From assembly GCA_013265495.1 (NCBI GenBank), contig MU058233.1, forward strand, positions 781,038 through 845,037: a stretch of 64,000 bases of DNA, read 5' to 3'. How positions within the stretch are numbered: position 1 is the first letter of the stretch; the number at the start of each line of letters is the position of its first letter. Of this stretch, positions 11,148 through 23,832 are shown in pieces. The notes under the pieces are model-generated. The model saw nothing but the letters and a program-made list of their open reading frames with translations, was not told where the DNA came from and made no database searches. The DNA comes from Vicugna vicugna. Taxonomy: Eukaryota. The translations under genes were made by a program, and so were the position numbers.

Positions 11148-11864
11148 CAATGTTATTTTCTGCTAGAGCCCATTTCCCCTTTCCTCTATTGTGTAGTTAG
11201 GGAGCGACGGATCACCTAATCTTAACAGGCAACAAGCTAGTTTGGGGCTGGGTTGCCACTTTAGTTGGTTCACGGTATTTTCGGGTGTGGGGGGGTGCCG
11301 ACTGCAGGCTCCTCCGTCACAGTACTTTGTGTCCTGAGCGCCTTGAGAGTATGGGAGAATCGGTCTGCCATTCCAACCCAGTTCCTGCACTGACAGGCAC
11401 TCAGCAGATGCCCCATGGGGAGAACTGCTCTCCTTGGGGGCATCTAAGTCTCCTCTGGTTTCTCTTTCTCCTGGTATGGTTCTCTACCTATTCGCAGGCT
11501 AGACAACCCCCTGCCCCCAACAGTGAATTAAGCAGCCTTACTTAGCTTACCCGGGACAAGCTCTCCCCTCACTGGAATTTGGTTTATTTAGTCCTTCTTG
11601 CTTCCTTGGGTGTCTCTGATGTTCTTAAAAATGTATCTGAGTATTGTAATTTGACATTCATTTTCTAATCATAGCAGCAGTAGTCCAAGCATATGATTTT
11701 ATTTCTTGTTAATGAGTGTTAGAAAATACTTATAATTAGATGAAATAAAATGAAACATCTTAGCATTTTGATTGCAAATTCATTGAATTTATACATTAAT
11801 TCGTTGAAAATTAAAATCTTGGCCACATTGAGTCTACATATCATGAATGTTAATTACTCACATC

Positions 11865-12450
11865 TTTTTTTCTTCTTTTTAAAAAATTGAAATGCAGTTG
11901 ATAAACAATATGGTACTTTCAAGTGTACTACATAGTGCTTTGACATTTGCATGCATTATGAAATGACACCACCCTAAGTCTAGTCATCTGTCCTCATACA
12001 AAGTTATTACAATATTATTGACCCTATTCCTTATGCTACATCCCCATGGCTTATTTATTTTATAACTGAAGGTCTGTACCTCTTAATCCCCTTCACCTAT
12101 TTCCACCTGCCTCCCCTCTGGCAACTACCTGTTTGGTATCTGTGTCTGTGGAGTCTGGTTTTGTTTTTGTTTCTTCATTTAATTTTTTAGATTCCACATA
12201 TAAGTGAGATCATATGGTATTTGTCTTTTTCTGTCTGCCTTATTTCACTCAGCGTAAATACCTCTAGTTCTATCCATGTTGTCACAGAGGGTAAGATTTC
12301 GATTTTTCAACGGCCGAGTCATATACTATTGTGTACATGTATATGTGTGTGTGTGTATGTATGTATATATATATATATATAAAAATAAAACGTCTTTATC
12401 TGTTCACCTTTCAGTGGATACTTAGGTTGCTTCCATATCTTGGCTATTGT
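11865..12450 (-). mobile_element. Older L1 3' fragment
   Basis: ttagattccacatataagtgagatcatatggtatttgtc antisense L1 3' text. Confidence 0.75.
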
Positions 12451-12615
12451 GTTTCCTTTTTAAATCCTCTGCACTCATATATTTTCACATGTGTCTTTTT
12501 TGTTAGGTTTTCCTATATTTTTAAGCTTTATTACTGAGTAGTTTCTAGATTGTTGCAGTTTTTCTTATTCTAAATTCTAGTTGGTTACCACTGACATATC
12601 AAAGAGCTATTCCAT

Positions 12616-13233
12616 CCATAAGGAACCATAATTCAAAAAGACACCTGCACCCCAGTGTTCATAGCAGCACTGTTTACAATAGCCAAGTCATGGGAACAGC
12701 CTAAAAGTCCGTTGACGGATGACTGGATAAAGAAGATGTGCTATATTTATACAATGGAATACTATTCAGCCATAAAAATGACAACATAATGCCATTTGCA
12801 GCAACATGGATGTCCCTGGAGAATGTCACTCTAAGTGAAGTAATCCAGAAAGAGGAAGAAAAATACCATATGATACCTCTCATAAGTGGAATCTAAAAAA
12901 AAAAAAAGAAAAATGAATTTAAATATAAAACAGAAACAGACTCATAGAAATAGAATAAAAACTTGTGGTTGCCAGGGGGAAGGGGGGTGGGAAGGGACAG
13001 ACTGGGAGTTTGAAATTTGTAGATACTGACAGGTAGATATAGAATAGATAAACAAGTTTATACTGTACAGCACAGGGAAATATAGCCAAGATCTTGTGGT
13101 AGCTCGCAGTGAGAAAGAACCTGAAAATGAATATATGTATATTCATGTATGACTGAAAAATTGTGCCCTACACTGAAAATTGACACAATGTTGTAAACTG
13201 ACTATAACAAAAAAATATATATATATTTATAAA
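12616..13233 (+). mobile_element. 5'-truncated L1 (ORF2 C-terminus plus 3' UTR)
   Basis: 15-bp TSD aaagagctattccat at 12601-12615 and 13234-13248; encodes KDTCTPVFIAALFTIA. Confidence 0.9.
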
Positions 13234-13497
13234 AAAGAGCTATTCCATGTTGATTTTTTTTAAACTGCCACCCTGTTGATGTTTCTTATTGGTTCTCATG
13301 TATTTCAGCTGTTTCTCATAGGTTTTTTGTCAGGAAATCTGGTGTTTGTAAATAATGACTGTAGTTTTTCTTCCTTGCTTCATGTTTGTTACTGGTGTTT
13401 TGTTTTGTTCCTGCTGTAACCGAATCCTTGAGGACAGTGCTGACTAGTAGAGTTGATATGAGCATCCATGTCTCGTTCCTGATTTTGAACGGAATTT

Positions 13498-13667
13498 GTT
13501 TTTGTTTTGTTTTTTGAGGGGGAGTGGCAATTAGTTTTATGTATTTTTAAATTTAAAAAATTTTTAATTTTATTATTATTATGTTTTAAGTGGAGGGACT
13601 GGGGATTGAACCCAGGTCCTTGTGCATGCTAAGCACACGCTCTACCACTGAGCTATACCCTCCCCCC
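13498..13667 (-). mobile_element. Vic-1-type SINE
   Basis: Well-preserved head; imperfect TSD ttgaa(c/g)gg(a/g)attt. Confidence 0.88.
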
Positions 13668-13843
13668 ATTGAAGGGATTTAGAATCGTCCTCACCACCCC
13701 TGTGCAAGGTATCCCTGAGTTATCAGACTTGGAACTTTTTCTTTCATTGGTATGCAGAGATGTTTTTTCCGTCTACAAGCCCAAAAGCTTCTGGAGGGCA
13801 GAGTGGGTTTTATGTGTCCTGGAATCTTTAGGACCCAGAATAA

Positions 13844-14158
<315 letters not shown>

Positions 14159-14380
14159 TGACTCATAAGTCCCCACCCCTTTATCTTTTGTTGACCTGCC
14201 CTGGGGCCTTGGAAGTATTCAGTGATCATGGACTTGAACTCCTGAGTTCTTAGACCCTGTTTGGCCCTCACCTCCTAGTTGTAATCTTTCCCCAGATGCA
14301 AATGAGTGCTTTCCTGTTGTAGCTCCTGATCCCTCAGTGCCCAAGCTTGGCCCACATCCTTTGTGATTTTCCCTGAACAG

Positions 14381-14476
14381 GGTATCATGGTTCCAAACCT
14401 GATTTAATCTTCAAATTGGAGCAAGGAGAAGAGCCATGGATAATAAATGCCAGACTTTCCCGCCAGAGCTGTCCAG
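14381..14476 (+). CDS. ZNF26: ZNF26 KRAB-B exon
   Basis: gaacag|GG...CCA G|gtgggt, 96 nt; [32 protein letters not shown]. Confidence 0.93.
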
Positions 14477-16519
14477 GTGGGTGAGCAGAAACCGGGAAGA
14501 TGGGGGGTTGGGAGTAAACCGGGGCTGGCACATGGACAGTGTTGTGTGCAGAAACTTCTTGTTGAAGTCTCTGAACCATGGGGGCAACTCGGGCTGAGCC
14601 CGAGAGTCCTCAGGGAAGGACGTGGCCCCGAGAGCATGGTGTGCCTTCTCTGCACTCTGCTCCAATGCTGCTTTCTGGGCTGGTTTCCTTCCTTCTGGCA
14701 CCTTCTTTCTCTGCCTTCCTTCCTGTGGTCCTGGGCATTTTTCTCTCCCTTGCCTCCACAGTTACATCCCTCAACTTTACCCACAGGTTTCGTTTCCTTC
14801 TCTCCCTTGGTTGGTCGGAGGGATTCCATCGCTTCCTTCTTGTTTCTCATTCTGGTCACTTAGAAATTGCAACTGTTACTTTCTTGGGCACTTTTCTGAA
14901 AGAATTCTGAAATCTGGATTTTAAGTGATTTTTGTTGCCTTACTTTTATTTCCCTGGCCCCTCTTCGTCTTCCCTTTGGAATTGTCCAGATCGGCAGTTC
15001 CCTCCTATATTGGCATAGTTGGAAGGCTCTTCCATAGTGACAGTGGAAGCTTTTTTCCTTCCCAGCCTTGCGACCACACAGTGGACATCCTCCTCCTCTT
15101 TCCGTTCTGCACTCTGTTCCTGGCTTTCTGTGCTTGCGGGAGAGCTCCCCTGTGCTTTCCCACTCTGCATCCTCAGTAGCGGGACTGGGAAGGCACTTGT
15201 GAAATTACTCTTCTTCCTCAGTTTTCCTGCCACTATTGGGAAGAAAGCATTCAGCAAGAAGTCCTGAGGGAGTGGGACAGCGCCTGAAGACCCCCTCCCA
15301 CCACAGCAGTCTTGGGATGGGGTGATGGCGGTTGTGTGCCTGACTGGAGCTGCCCAGACTTGTCTGTCACTCTTAACATCACACTATTTGGGGCTCATAG
15401 ATGGACTTTACCATTCTGTCCGCATCTCCTGTCCAACCCTAATGTCTTCTGTTCCAGGGTTGTTTTGGCAACTCTTTTAATTTGCACTCGTTCCCTAGAG
15501 GACCTCATCACGTCATTTAATACCTTGTGTGTGCTGTCGATGCCTACTTTTCACTGAGCACTGCACTTAGGTCTAACTACCTACCTGCTGTCTCCATTTG
15601 GATATTTAACTAAGATCTCAAATGTAATAAGATCCAAAACAGAGTCCTTTGTTTTTCCTGCAAATGTGTTTCTCTCCCAGTATGTTGAGTCTCAAAGAGC
15701 TGCTTCTCAAATCTAAAGTCTAGGAGTCCTTCAGTCTTCCCCTCCTGGGTTCCTGCATCCAGTCCCTTAGCACGTTTCTTAGTTCTGTGTCCAGATCGAG
15801 CCACATTACTCAGCTCCAGAAGGACTGCCCAGCCCTACCCTGCCATCCTGGACTACTGCAGTGGCTCTGAATCTGTCTCTCTGCTCTTTTCCCATTCATT
15901 TGTGACGTAACAGCCACTGACCTTTTAAAAGCAGAAGATGAATCGAGGTCCTCTGTAATCAGACTCCTTTGCGTAAGATGAAAACTTCCTCGGAGCCCTG
16001 CCTAATTTGGTTCCTGCCTTCACTCTGTTCACTCACTGGTTTCGGCTGTCCTGACCTTTTTTCTGCTTCTTAACCATGCCAAGCAGGTCCCCTCCTCAGG
16101 AACTTTGTGCTTGCTATTCTTTCTTTTTGAAATGCTCTTGCCCTTAATTTTCTCATTGCTCACTCCATCTCATTTTTCAGGTCTCGCCATACCTACCTAA
16201 ATGTCACACCTAGCCAAACTGTATCCTGTGAATTCGCTTTTCAGTAAACTCCTGCAATAAAAAATTCAGGTATAAAATAGTTGGCCTGGCTGTAAGCCCA
16301 AGCTAAGTTTCTTAAACTTCGGTTTCAAAATACATTTTTGGTCACTGCTAATTTGCTAGCTATTTTGCTACCTATTTCCATAAAGGGACTTGATTTGGTT
16401 TGATTCACTTCCCCTTGTCCCCACACTTAGTTAAACGTTGTGTGTGCAGTTGGCCATTATTACTTTCTTTCTTTTTTTAATGTTTTTAGTTCTTCCAGCT
16501 TGTCTCTTTGTTTAGACCA

Positions 16520-16676
16520 TTTTTTTAAAATAATTTTTTTGTTTATTTATTTTTTAGAAGGGGAGGTAATTAGGTTTATACATTTACTTATTTTTAATGG
16601 AGGTACTGGGGATTGAATCCAGCACCTCATGCATGCCAAGCACACACTCTACCACTGAGCTATACCCTCCCCACCC
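16520..16676 (-). mobile_element. Vic-1-type SINE
   Basis: Same SINE head and tail. Confidence 0.85.
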
Positions 16677-16815
16677 TGGCCAGTATTTCTTTTGAACCAG
16701 TGTTAGAGGCCAGTTACCAAAAGAAGATTCATTACCTGGCGGTTCTAAAGCTTTTTAATTCTATATCAGGTTTGTATTATGGTTTTTAAAATAGTGTTTT
16801 GGTTTTTTTTCCTAG

Positions 16816-18164
16816 AAGGTTGGAAAGAATGGTACCAGAAAAATGATGAACTTGAAAGTGTTGAGAGAAGCTATGCTTGTAATGCATTTGGAAAACTTCA
16901 CGTGAGCAAGACCCACATTTCTACAAGACAGAAGTTCCTTAAGTATAACCCACATGGAAAAAGTTTGCCACAAAACTTAGCTTCAGCCAGAAGCTGTCTA
17001 AGAAAGAATCCTGAAAAGTTTCACGGATATGAAGAATCATATTTTCTGAAGCATCAAAGAGCTCACAGTATAGAAAAAAACTGTGTGTGTAAAGAGTGTG
17101 GGAAAGCTTTCCGATGTAAATCACAGCTCATTGTACATCTCAGGATTCATACAGGAGAGAGACCGTATGAATGCACTAAATGCGAGAGAGCCTTCAGTGC
17201 CAAGTCAAACCTTAATGCCCATCAGAGAGTCCACACAGGAGAAAAGCCCTACTCATGTATCGAGTGTGGGAAAGTCTTCTCTTTCAGGTCACAGCTCATT
17301 GTCCATCAGGAAATTCACACGGGAGGGAAGCCTTACGGTTGCAGTGAATGTGGGAAAGCCTACAGCTGGAAATCACAACTTATTTTACACCAGAGAAGCC
17401 ACACGGGAGTGAAACCCTATGAATGCAGTGAGTGTGGGAAAGCCTTTAGTTTGAAGTCACCATTCATTGTGCACCAGAGAACTCATACAGGAGTGAAACC
17501 CCATAAATGCAGTGAATGTGGGAAAGCCTTTCGGAGTAAGTCCTACCTCCTGGTTCACATTAGGATGCACACAGGAGAGAAACCCTATCAGTGCAGTGAT
17601 TGTGGGAAAGCCTTCAATATGAAGACACAGCTTGTGGTACATCAGGGAGTCCACACAGGAAATAACCCTTATCAGTGCAGTGAATGTGGGAAGGCCTTTG
17701 GCAGGAAGGAACAGCTCACTGCACATCTGAGAGCTCACGCAGGAGAGAAACCCTACGGATGCAGTGAGTGTGGGAAGGCTTTCAGCAGCAAATCTTACCT
17801 TGTTATACATAGGAGGACACACACTGGAGAGAGACCCTACGAATGCAGTTTCTGTGAGAGAGCCTTTTGTGGGAAGTCACAGCTAATTATACATCAACGA
17901 ACTCACTCAACGGAGAAGCCCTATGAATGCAGCGAGTGTGAGAAAGCCTATCCTCGGAAGGCATCACTTCAGATCCACCAGAAAACTCACTCAGGAGAGA
18001 AACCCTTTAAATGCAGTGAGTGTGGGAAAGCCTTCACTCAGAAGTCTTCTCTCAGTGAACATCAGAGAGTTCACACTGGAGAGAAACCCTGGAAATGCTC
18101 TGAGTGTGGGAAGTCCTTCTGTTGGAATTCAGGGCTTCGAATACATCGAAAAACTCACAAGTGA
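16816..18164 (+). CDS. ZNF26: ZNF26 zinc-finger exon, 13 C2H2 fingers; spliced CDS 1605 nt, 534 aa
   Basis: ttttttttcctag|AAGGTTGG in phase with KRAB-B; 13 intact CxxC-x12-HxxxH fingers ending [17 protein letters not shown], as in recalled human ZNF26. Confidence 0.95.
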
Positions 18165-18468
18165 GGACTCAGAATGGAGTGGATGTTAGAAGCGTTCACC
18201 CAGACGTTGACCCTCAGGAGGCTTCAGATGACAATACAGACAGGATACTAAGCGGGAAGTCCTAAAAATACAGTCCTGTCAAATTAGTCGTACAGGGAGA
18301 GGCCAGTCGTATTTGGAATGAACGTGCAAAGGAGTTCAGAAATAAGTCGTGCACATCTTTGTAGACAAGGGAGTCATTGAAGGAGTAAGGAGCAGCACCT
18401 GTGTCAGATGTCGTAGCATCATGATGATTTAATTTGGGGAATTCACTTTGAGAACTCCCCGTAAATTT

Positions 18469-19321
18469 AATAAATCAGGAAAGCATTTTCCCACAGACAT
18501 GTCACATGGGGACCCATATTCCAGATCTGATGCTGTTTTAGAACAAAGAAAAGACTTTTTCTTGGTGGAGAATAAAGTTGTTTATTTTCATGTGTAAATA
18601 GAGTAATGGTCAGGGAAACAGCAAGGACCATATTCTGAAGGTTAAGGGGTATCAAGTGTGACTTTCCTGAGTAACACTGAAGAGCATTTTTTAAAATTCT
18701 GGTATTTTATTTTTAAATGTAATGTTATATTTGATAGTTTGTCAAATGAAATCCCCCAATATCCTCCCTATAAAATGCTAAGTATCAGCATTGTCTCTTT
18801 ATTTCTTAGCAATATAACTAAAACCATGTGGCTTTTCATAAATGAAGGGCGTTAGTTCTCACCCCAAATGGGTTTGTTCCCTCAGTGGTCTGCGTCATGG
18901 GTCTGGAAGTTGTTACAGGGTCACTTCCTAAGCACAGTCTCAGAGTGAGCCCTGACCACACTCCAGCAGTTTGGTCTGTTCTCCGCAGATCGGTAGGAGC
19001 AGCCTAGACGTCTCTGGAGGAACCCCCCTTCTGCGTTGTGTGCACCCTTGTGGCAGCGTCCTTCAGGCTGTCCTTCCCACCAGCCACAGGTCAGCATTCT
19101 ACCCCTCGTCCAATAACAGTGCCCTCTCTCCAGGAGTGTGAGTCTCTAATTCAGCTTTATGTGAAGGGAAATAGCACAACCCATTCATCCTTGTCCTTGA
19201 ATTGTACTGAGACCATCAATTAGTTCCTGCTGTATGGATTCCTCAGAATAACTTGTGATGCTCCCCTTTATGAACCTGGGTTTCTGGTCGTCTGTGCACT
19301 TCCTTACATCTTTTCAATAAA
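18469..19321 (+). terminator. Candidate polyadenylation signals of ZNF26
   Basis: AATAAA at 18469, 18571 and 19316; which one is used cannot be told from sequence. Confidence 0.4.
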
Positions 19322-19520
19322 AATACTGCCCTCTGCTAAAGTTAAGGAAAATGAGTTTCTGTTTCTTGTGACTGAAGGGCTTTCATTGATAAGCTGTTGC
19401 TCTGGAGTTGTTGTAGGTAGTAAACTGTTAAAAGAAAAGCTGGGTATGAGGTTTAGGTTTTTGCCTGAGACAAGAAGAAAATCTTTCAGATTCTTGTTTA
19501 TGTTCCAGGATGGATACTTT

Positions 19521-19604
19521 TTAGCTCATGGTATGAAATGGTGCTGATGCTCGCGTATATGCTTCTTAGCTCATGGAATGAAATGGTGCTGATACTCGCG
19601 TATA
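19521..19604. repeat. Two-copy tandem repeat, period 45 bp
   Basis: ttagctcatgg(t/a)atgaaatggtgctgat(g/a)ctcgcgtata at 19521 and 19566. Confidence 0.9.
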
Positions 19605-19883
19605 CCATGAACCTTGTGGCCCCTGATGGTAAGATTCTGGGACACAGGAAGAGTTTTAAGTTTATGAGGGAAATCTGGGGCAGGAGATGACCTGGCTACT
19701 TTTGGTCCTGTTGGCTCTTCAACTCAACCATGACAGACTTGAAGGCCTGAAATCTCATCTCAAGGCAGAGAGTTGACCTCGGCTGCCCTCTGCGACACTG
19801 CTGAAATAACTGCTTACTCGGAGCTGTGTGGTCGGGATGGTGGGAGTCAGACAACTACTTGGCTTGCTGAATCAAGTCACACA

Positions 19884-20005
19884 GGGAAGAGGGCATAGCT
19901 CAGTGGTAGAGTGTGTGCTTAGCACATGAGAGGTCTGGGTTCAATCCCCAGTACCTCCATTGAAATAAATAAGTAAACCTAATTACCTCTCCCCTCCAAA
20001 AAAAT
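19884..20005 (+). mobile_element. Vic-1-type SINE
   Basis: gggaagagggcatagctcagtggtagag...ggttcaatccccagtacctcca. Confidence 0.85.
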
Positions 20006-21068
20006 TTTTTTTAATGTACACAGGTGATAAAACAAAGAGAACTTAATGCACATACACACAAATGAGTGTGATTAAAACTGGGGAAATCTTAGTAAGTCTT
20101 ATGGATTATATCGGTGTCAATACCCTGGCTCTGATATTATACTATAGTTTTGCAAAATGTTAACATTGAGGTGAACTGGACTGTGTGTGTAAGGGATCTC
20201 TGTGTTACTTTTTATACTGTGGGTGAATTTGCAATTATCTCCATAAAATTTTCAATTAAAAAAAGCAAATGTAGTAAAGATGTAAAAGGAGAATGAATAA
20301 ACTATTATATACAGTCAATGGGATATTATGCAGCTGTGAAATAAACTACAATTGAATAAACAACATGTTCAAGTCCTGGATATATAGTAGTGAGTAATAA
20401 AAGTTTCTCAGAAGGCTGTATATAATGTAATACTATCGTTAAAGGCCAATAAAAAGGGCTTACATATGTGTAGGTGATAAGACGATGAAATAAGGAAGCA
20501 AGATTATGATAACCAAAATATTTAGGAGAGTGTCTACCTCTGTGGGGGAAGCAGTGAGTCTGAAAGGAGAAATAGCAAACAGGTTGCAAGTAATTTGTAA
20601 TTTTTTTTCTCAGACTGGATGAGAGATTCATGAACATTCATGAGGAAGTATTTGTAACTAAGATTTAAAAACGGGACACAAACAGATAATTTAGATTTTT
20701 TAACTAAAGGAGAATACCAGGAGTAATCACGTGCCACTAAATATGATCATTTCAATTAAAATTTCCATTTTCTTGCAAATTGTACATTACCAAAATCGAC
20801 CAAGCAGAAAATCTAAGACTAAAACAATAACAAGTAAGGAAATTGAATTGTAGTAAAAAACTAGCCTAAATGGAATGTAGCAAGCCTAGATTACTGAACA
20901 GTAAAATTTTACCAAACATTGAAGGACTTGATCATCATGTTACACAAGCAGTACTAGAAATATTTGAAGGATAATTAGTGTCAAATTCATTTTACAATCT
21001 TGGTATGAACTTCACACTAAAATTGGATAGACACAATAGGAAAACATAGAGGTCAACTTAATAGATGC

Positions 21069-21142
21069 AGGGGGAGGGTATAGCTCAGTGGTAGAGCAGC
21101 TGCTTCATGTGCACAAGGTCCTGGGTTCAGTCCCCAGCGCCT
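21069..21142 (+). mobile_element. Vic-1-type SINE head without tail
   Basis: ggggagggtatagctcagtggtagagc...ggttcagtccccagc. Confidence 0.8.
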
Positions 21143-22060
21143 TGGCTAGGAGGAAGATACTCTTTTTAACTAAAAATAATAGATGAACATTTTTTGAATA
21201 AAATGGAGTCCAGATTTCTTTCCCTACACACTTGTGTATGTATTAGGTTGACATGGTCAGTGATCGACTGTTTTGTCACATGTGGTAGATTTGATTTTCC
21301 AGAGATGATTCTAAGAACATGTCCCGTCTCCTGTCCTCTTCTACAGAGTGACTGAGAGTCCTGGTGGCTGGTGACTTGCTTGTAGCTAAAAGAATGTGGA
21401 GAAAGTGCTGTTTTCATTGCTGGAATACTTGTTCCTGAAGCTCTTGGCAGTCATGTGAGCTGTCCCTCAGGCTGTGGTCCTAGGAAGAAACCCCAGAGAG
21501 TTCCTGTAGACAAACCACACAGAGAGGCTCTGGGGCTCCATTGAGGAGAATGAGATGCCCTTCCAGTCCCTCCCTACGCCAGCTCCAGCCATGAAAGGGC
21601 AGCAAGTGCACGAGGGACACTGACCATTACTGGCCATCCAAACCTGCCCTAAATTCCTGACCAGCAGAAACCATGAGAGATGTAGCATCTGTGCTTTTAT
21701 CTATGCTGTAGAGTTTCGGGGAGATATTTTAGGCAGCAGTAGTGATTGGAATAGAAATTTGGTATTGGAAGTGGGATGCTACTGGCACAAAATCTTAAAA
21801 CATCTGCCACTGGCTTTGACGCTGGGTGGTGAGCAGAACCTGGAAGACTTTCGAGGAAAATGTTAGTGAAAGCCTGACGAGCCCTTAGGGAGAGTGTTAA
21901 CAGAGCCGAAAAGCCATCAAGGAGGTTGCTGATGAGGGCTTGAAGCAACATAAGGAACGTGTTATTGGAACACGGGGAAAGGCAGATTTTGTTATGCAAC
22001 GGCAGAAAGCTTCTCACTATTATCACCTGATGTAGATGGAAAACAGAAAATGTGCCCAAT

Positions 22061-22673
22061 CGGAACAAACCAGGATCCCATGGGGCCTCCCGAGAACAGA
22101 CCGCCTGCCTCGTACCCCACCACGTGCTCTGCCTGCCTCCTGTCTGTAGAAAGCTCCTAGGCCTTCCTCAAGTTCCAAAGAGGAAATTTAATCAGAGAAA
22201 TGAAAAAAAATGCAGAAAGAAAGGAAAAGAGTCAAGCGAGACAGTTTAGTCATTAAACGAAGTCAAGGAACTTTATTTCCTCCTCAAAGACTGTAGATAA
22301 CATTCTGAGCCACATCCTTTGAGCTGCTTTTGCAAATACTGAAAGCCCCACCAGGTAGAAATTAAGTGTGTGCTGCCCACAAACATGTAGACTCCAGACT
22401 GGTTGGAACCACAAAGTCGGTGCTGTTGACTCCCAGTGACCTCACCACCAACTGATAAGATGATCACACACCCCACAACCCCCTCCCTCACCTTGTCTTT
22501 AAAATCCTTTCCCTGAAAGCCACTGGGGAGTTCAGGCCTTGTGAGCATTAGCTTCCTGGACTCCTTGTTTGGTGCCTGCAATTGACGCCGCACTTTCCTC
22601 ACCACAACTTGGTGTCAGTAGGTTGGCCTTATTGTAATCACGGGGAAGGACACCCGCATTTGGTTCGGGAACA
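22061..22673 (+). mobile_element. ERV1-class solo LTR nested in the MaLR internal region
   Basis: Ends ttggttcgggaaca; imperfect TSD caat/taat; TATA-like ctttaaaa near 22500. Confidence 0.7.
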
Positions 22674-23659
22674 TAATGACCTCAAATGGTAAAGCTAAGA
22701 GTTTTCTAGGCAAAGTGTTAGTGTGCTACCTGGCTTATTCTCACTGCTTATAATAAAATGAGAGAGGAGCAAGAAGAACTGAAAAACAAACCATTCCACG
22801 GAGGAAATGTCAACGGTCCTGTTACAGTCTGTTCAGCCAGTAAAGGAGAAAGGTCCTCAGGGACCATAAAATCCTTACATAAGATTTCAGAAAGATCTAA
22901 GGGGAGCCTCATGTACCCCATCACAGAAAAGAAAACCTTCTAAGGATATTACAGGAATGCCTTTGTGGACCCTGTCGCATAAAAAACAGAGCTTCTAAGA
23001 AACTCAACACAGGCGGCAGATGAAGTCTTATTTCTAAGAGATGTTTTGGGGTTGTGGCTTTTGCCTAACTGATACATTAAAAAGCCCACAATTGTTTTTC
23101 CTCATTTTCTATGTATCCCCTCAACATCCACCAAACCCCTTCTTCACCAAAATACTCTCATAACAGAAATTGGGAGCTCCCTCTTTTAGAATTGAAGTCA
23201 GTCAACACATCCTCAAAGAGATAAGCTGTGGATCAAGTGGTGAGTCCTGGCAGATCTAGGGGAGAATCATTTTGAAGAAAATCTCATTGTAGCCTCAATT
23301 CCCAAGAATATTTTCCGTTACTTGAAGTTGGAGCCATGCAAATGAAAGAGTTAACATGAGTGTTTAATAAATAAAAACGGTGAAATCGGATCACGTTTGA
23401 GTAGAAAGAAAAATAGAGGACAACATTATGGGAGAAGTATAGGTAATTGTAGGGTTCCCAGCCGGAAGTGGAAAAAGAGAAAGCCAACTGTAAACTGAAA
23501 GGTAGTATAAATACGTACACACGCAACACAGAGTTTTTAACTCTGAACTGACAAGGACAAACCTTGTACCAAATAAAAAGAGATCTTTGGACTCCCAACC
23601 TTTCTGCAGCAGGAAGGAGGATGAAAAGGCTACTCAGTGGCCAACATGGATCAGTTTTT

Positions 23660-23832
23660 AAAATTATTTTTTATTGAGGTATAGTCAGTTTACAAAGTTA
23701 GTTTCATGTGTACAGCAAAGCGATTCAGTTATACATACACCTACATATATATTTTTTCAGATTCTTTCCCATTACAGCTCATTATGAGAAACTGAATATA
23801 GTTCCCTGTGCTGTACAATAGGTCCTTGTTGA
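23660..23832 (-). mobile_element. L1 3' end nested in the MaLR internal region
   Basis: Flanking repeat atggatca at both ends; L1 3' consensus. Confidence 0.75.

Noticed and set aside
11180..11680. CpG-containing odd-looking segment in ZNF26 intron 1
   Set aside because: Its right part resembles an old antisense L1 5' region; nothing else supports a separate element.
16779..16815. ATG-initiated extension [12 protein letters not shown] of the 461-aa ORF
   Set aside because: It is the intronic polypyrimidine tract before the acceptor at 16815.
19884..19960. tRNA-like A-box/B-box sequences (about 15 copies in the window)
   Set aside because: They carry SINE tails, TSDs and scattered mutations, so they are SINEs, not tRNA genes.
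23195..23230. Minus-strand LFEDVLTDF resembling a KRAB-A start
   Set aside because: Similarity stops after nine residues; no EEW...LD..Q motif or donor.
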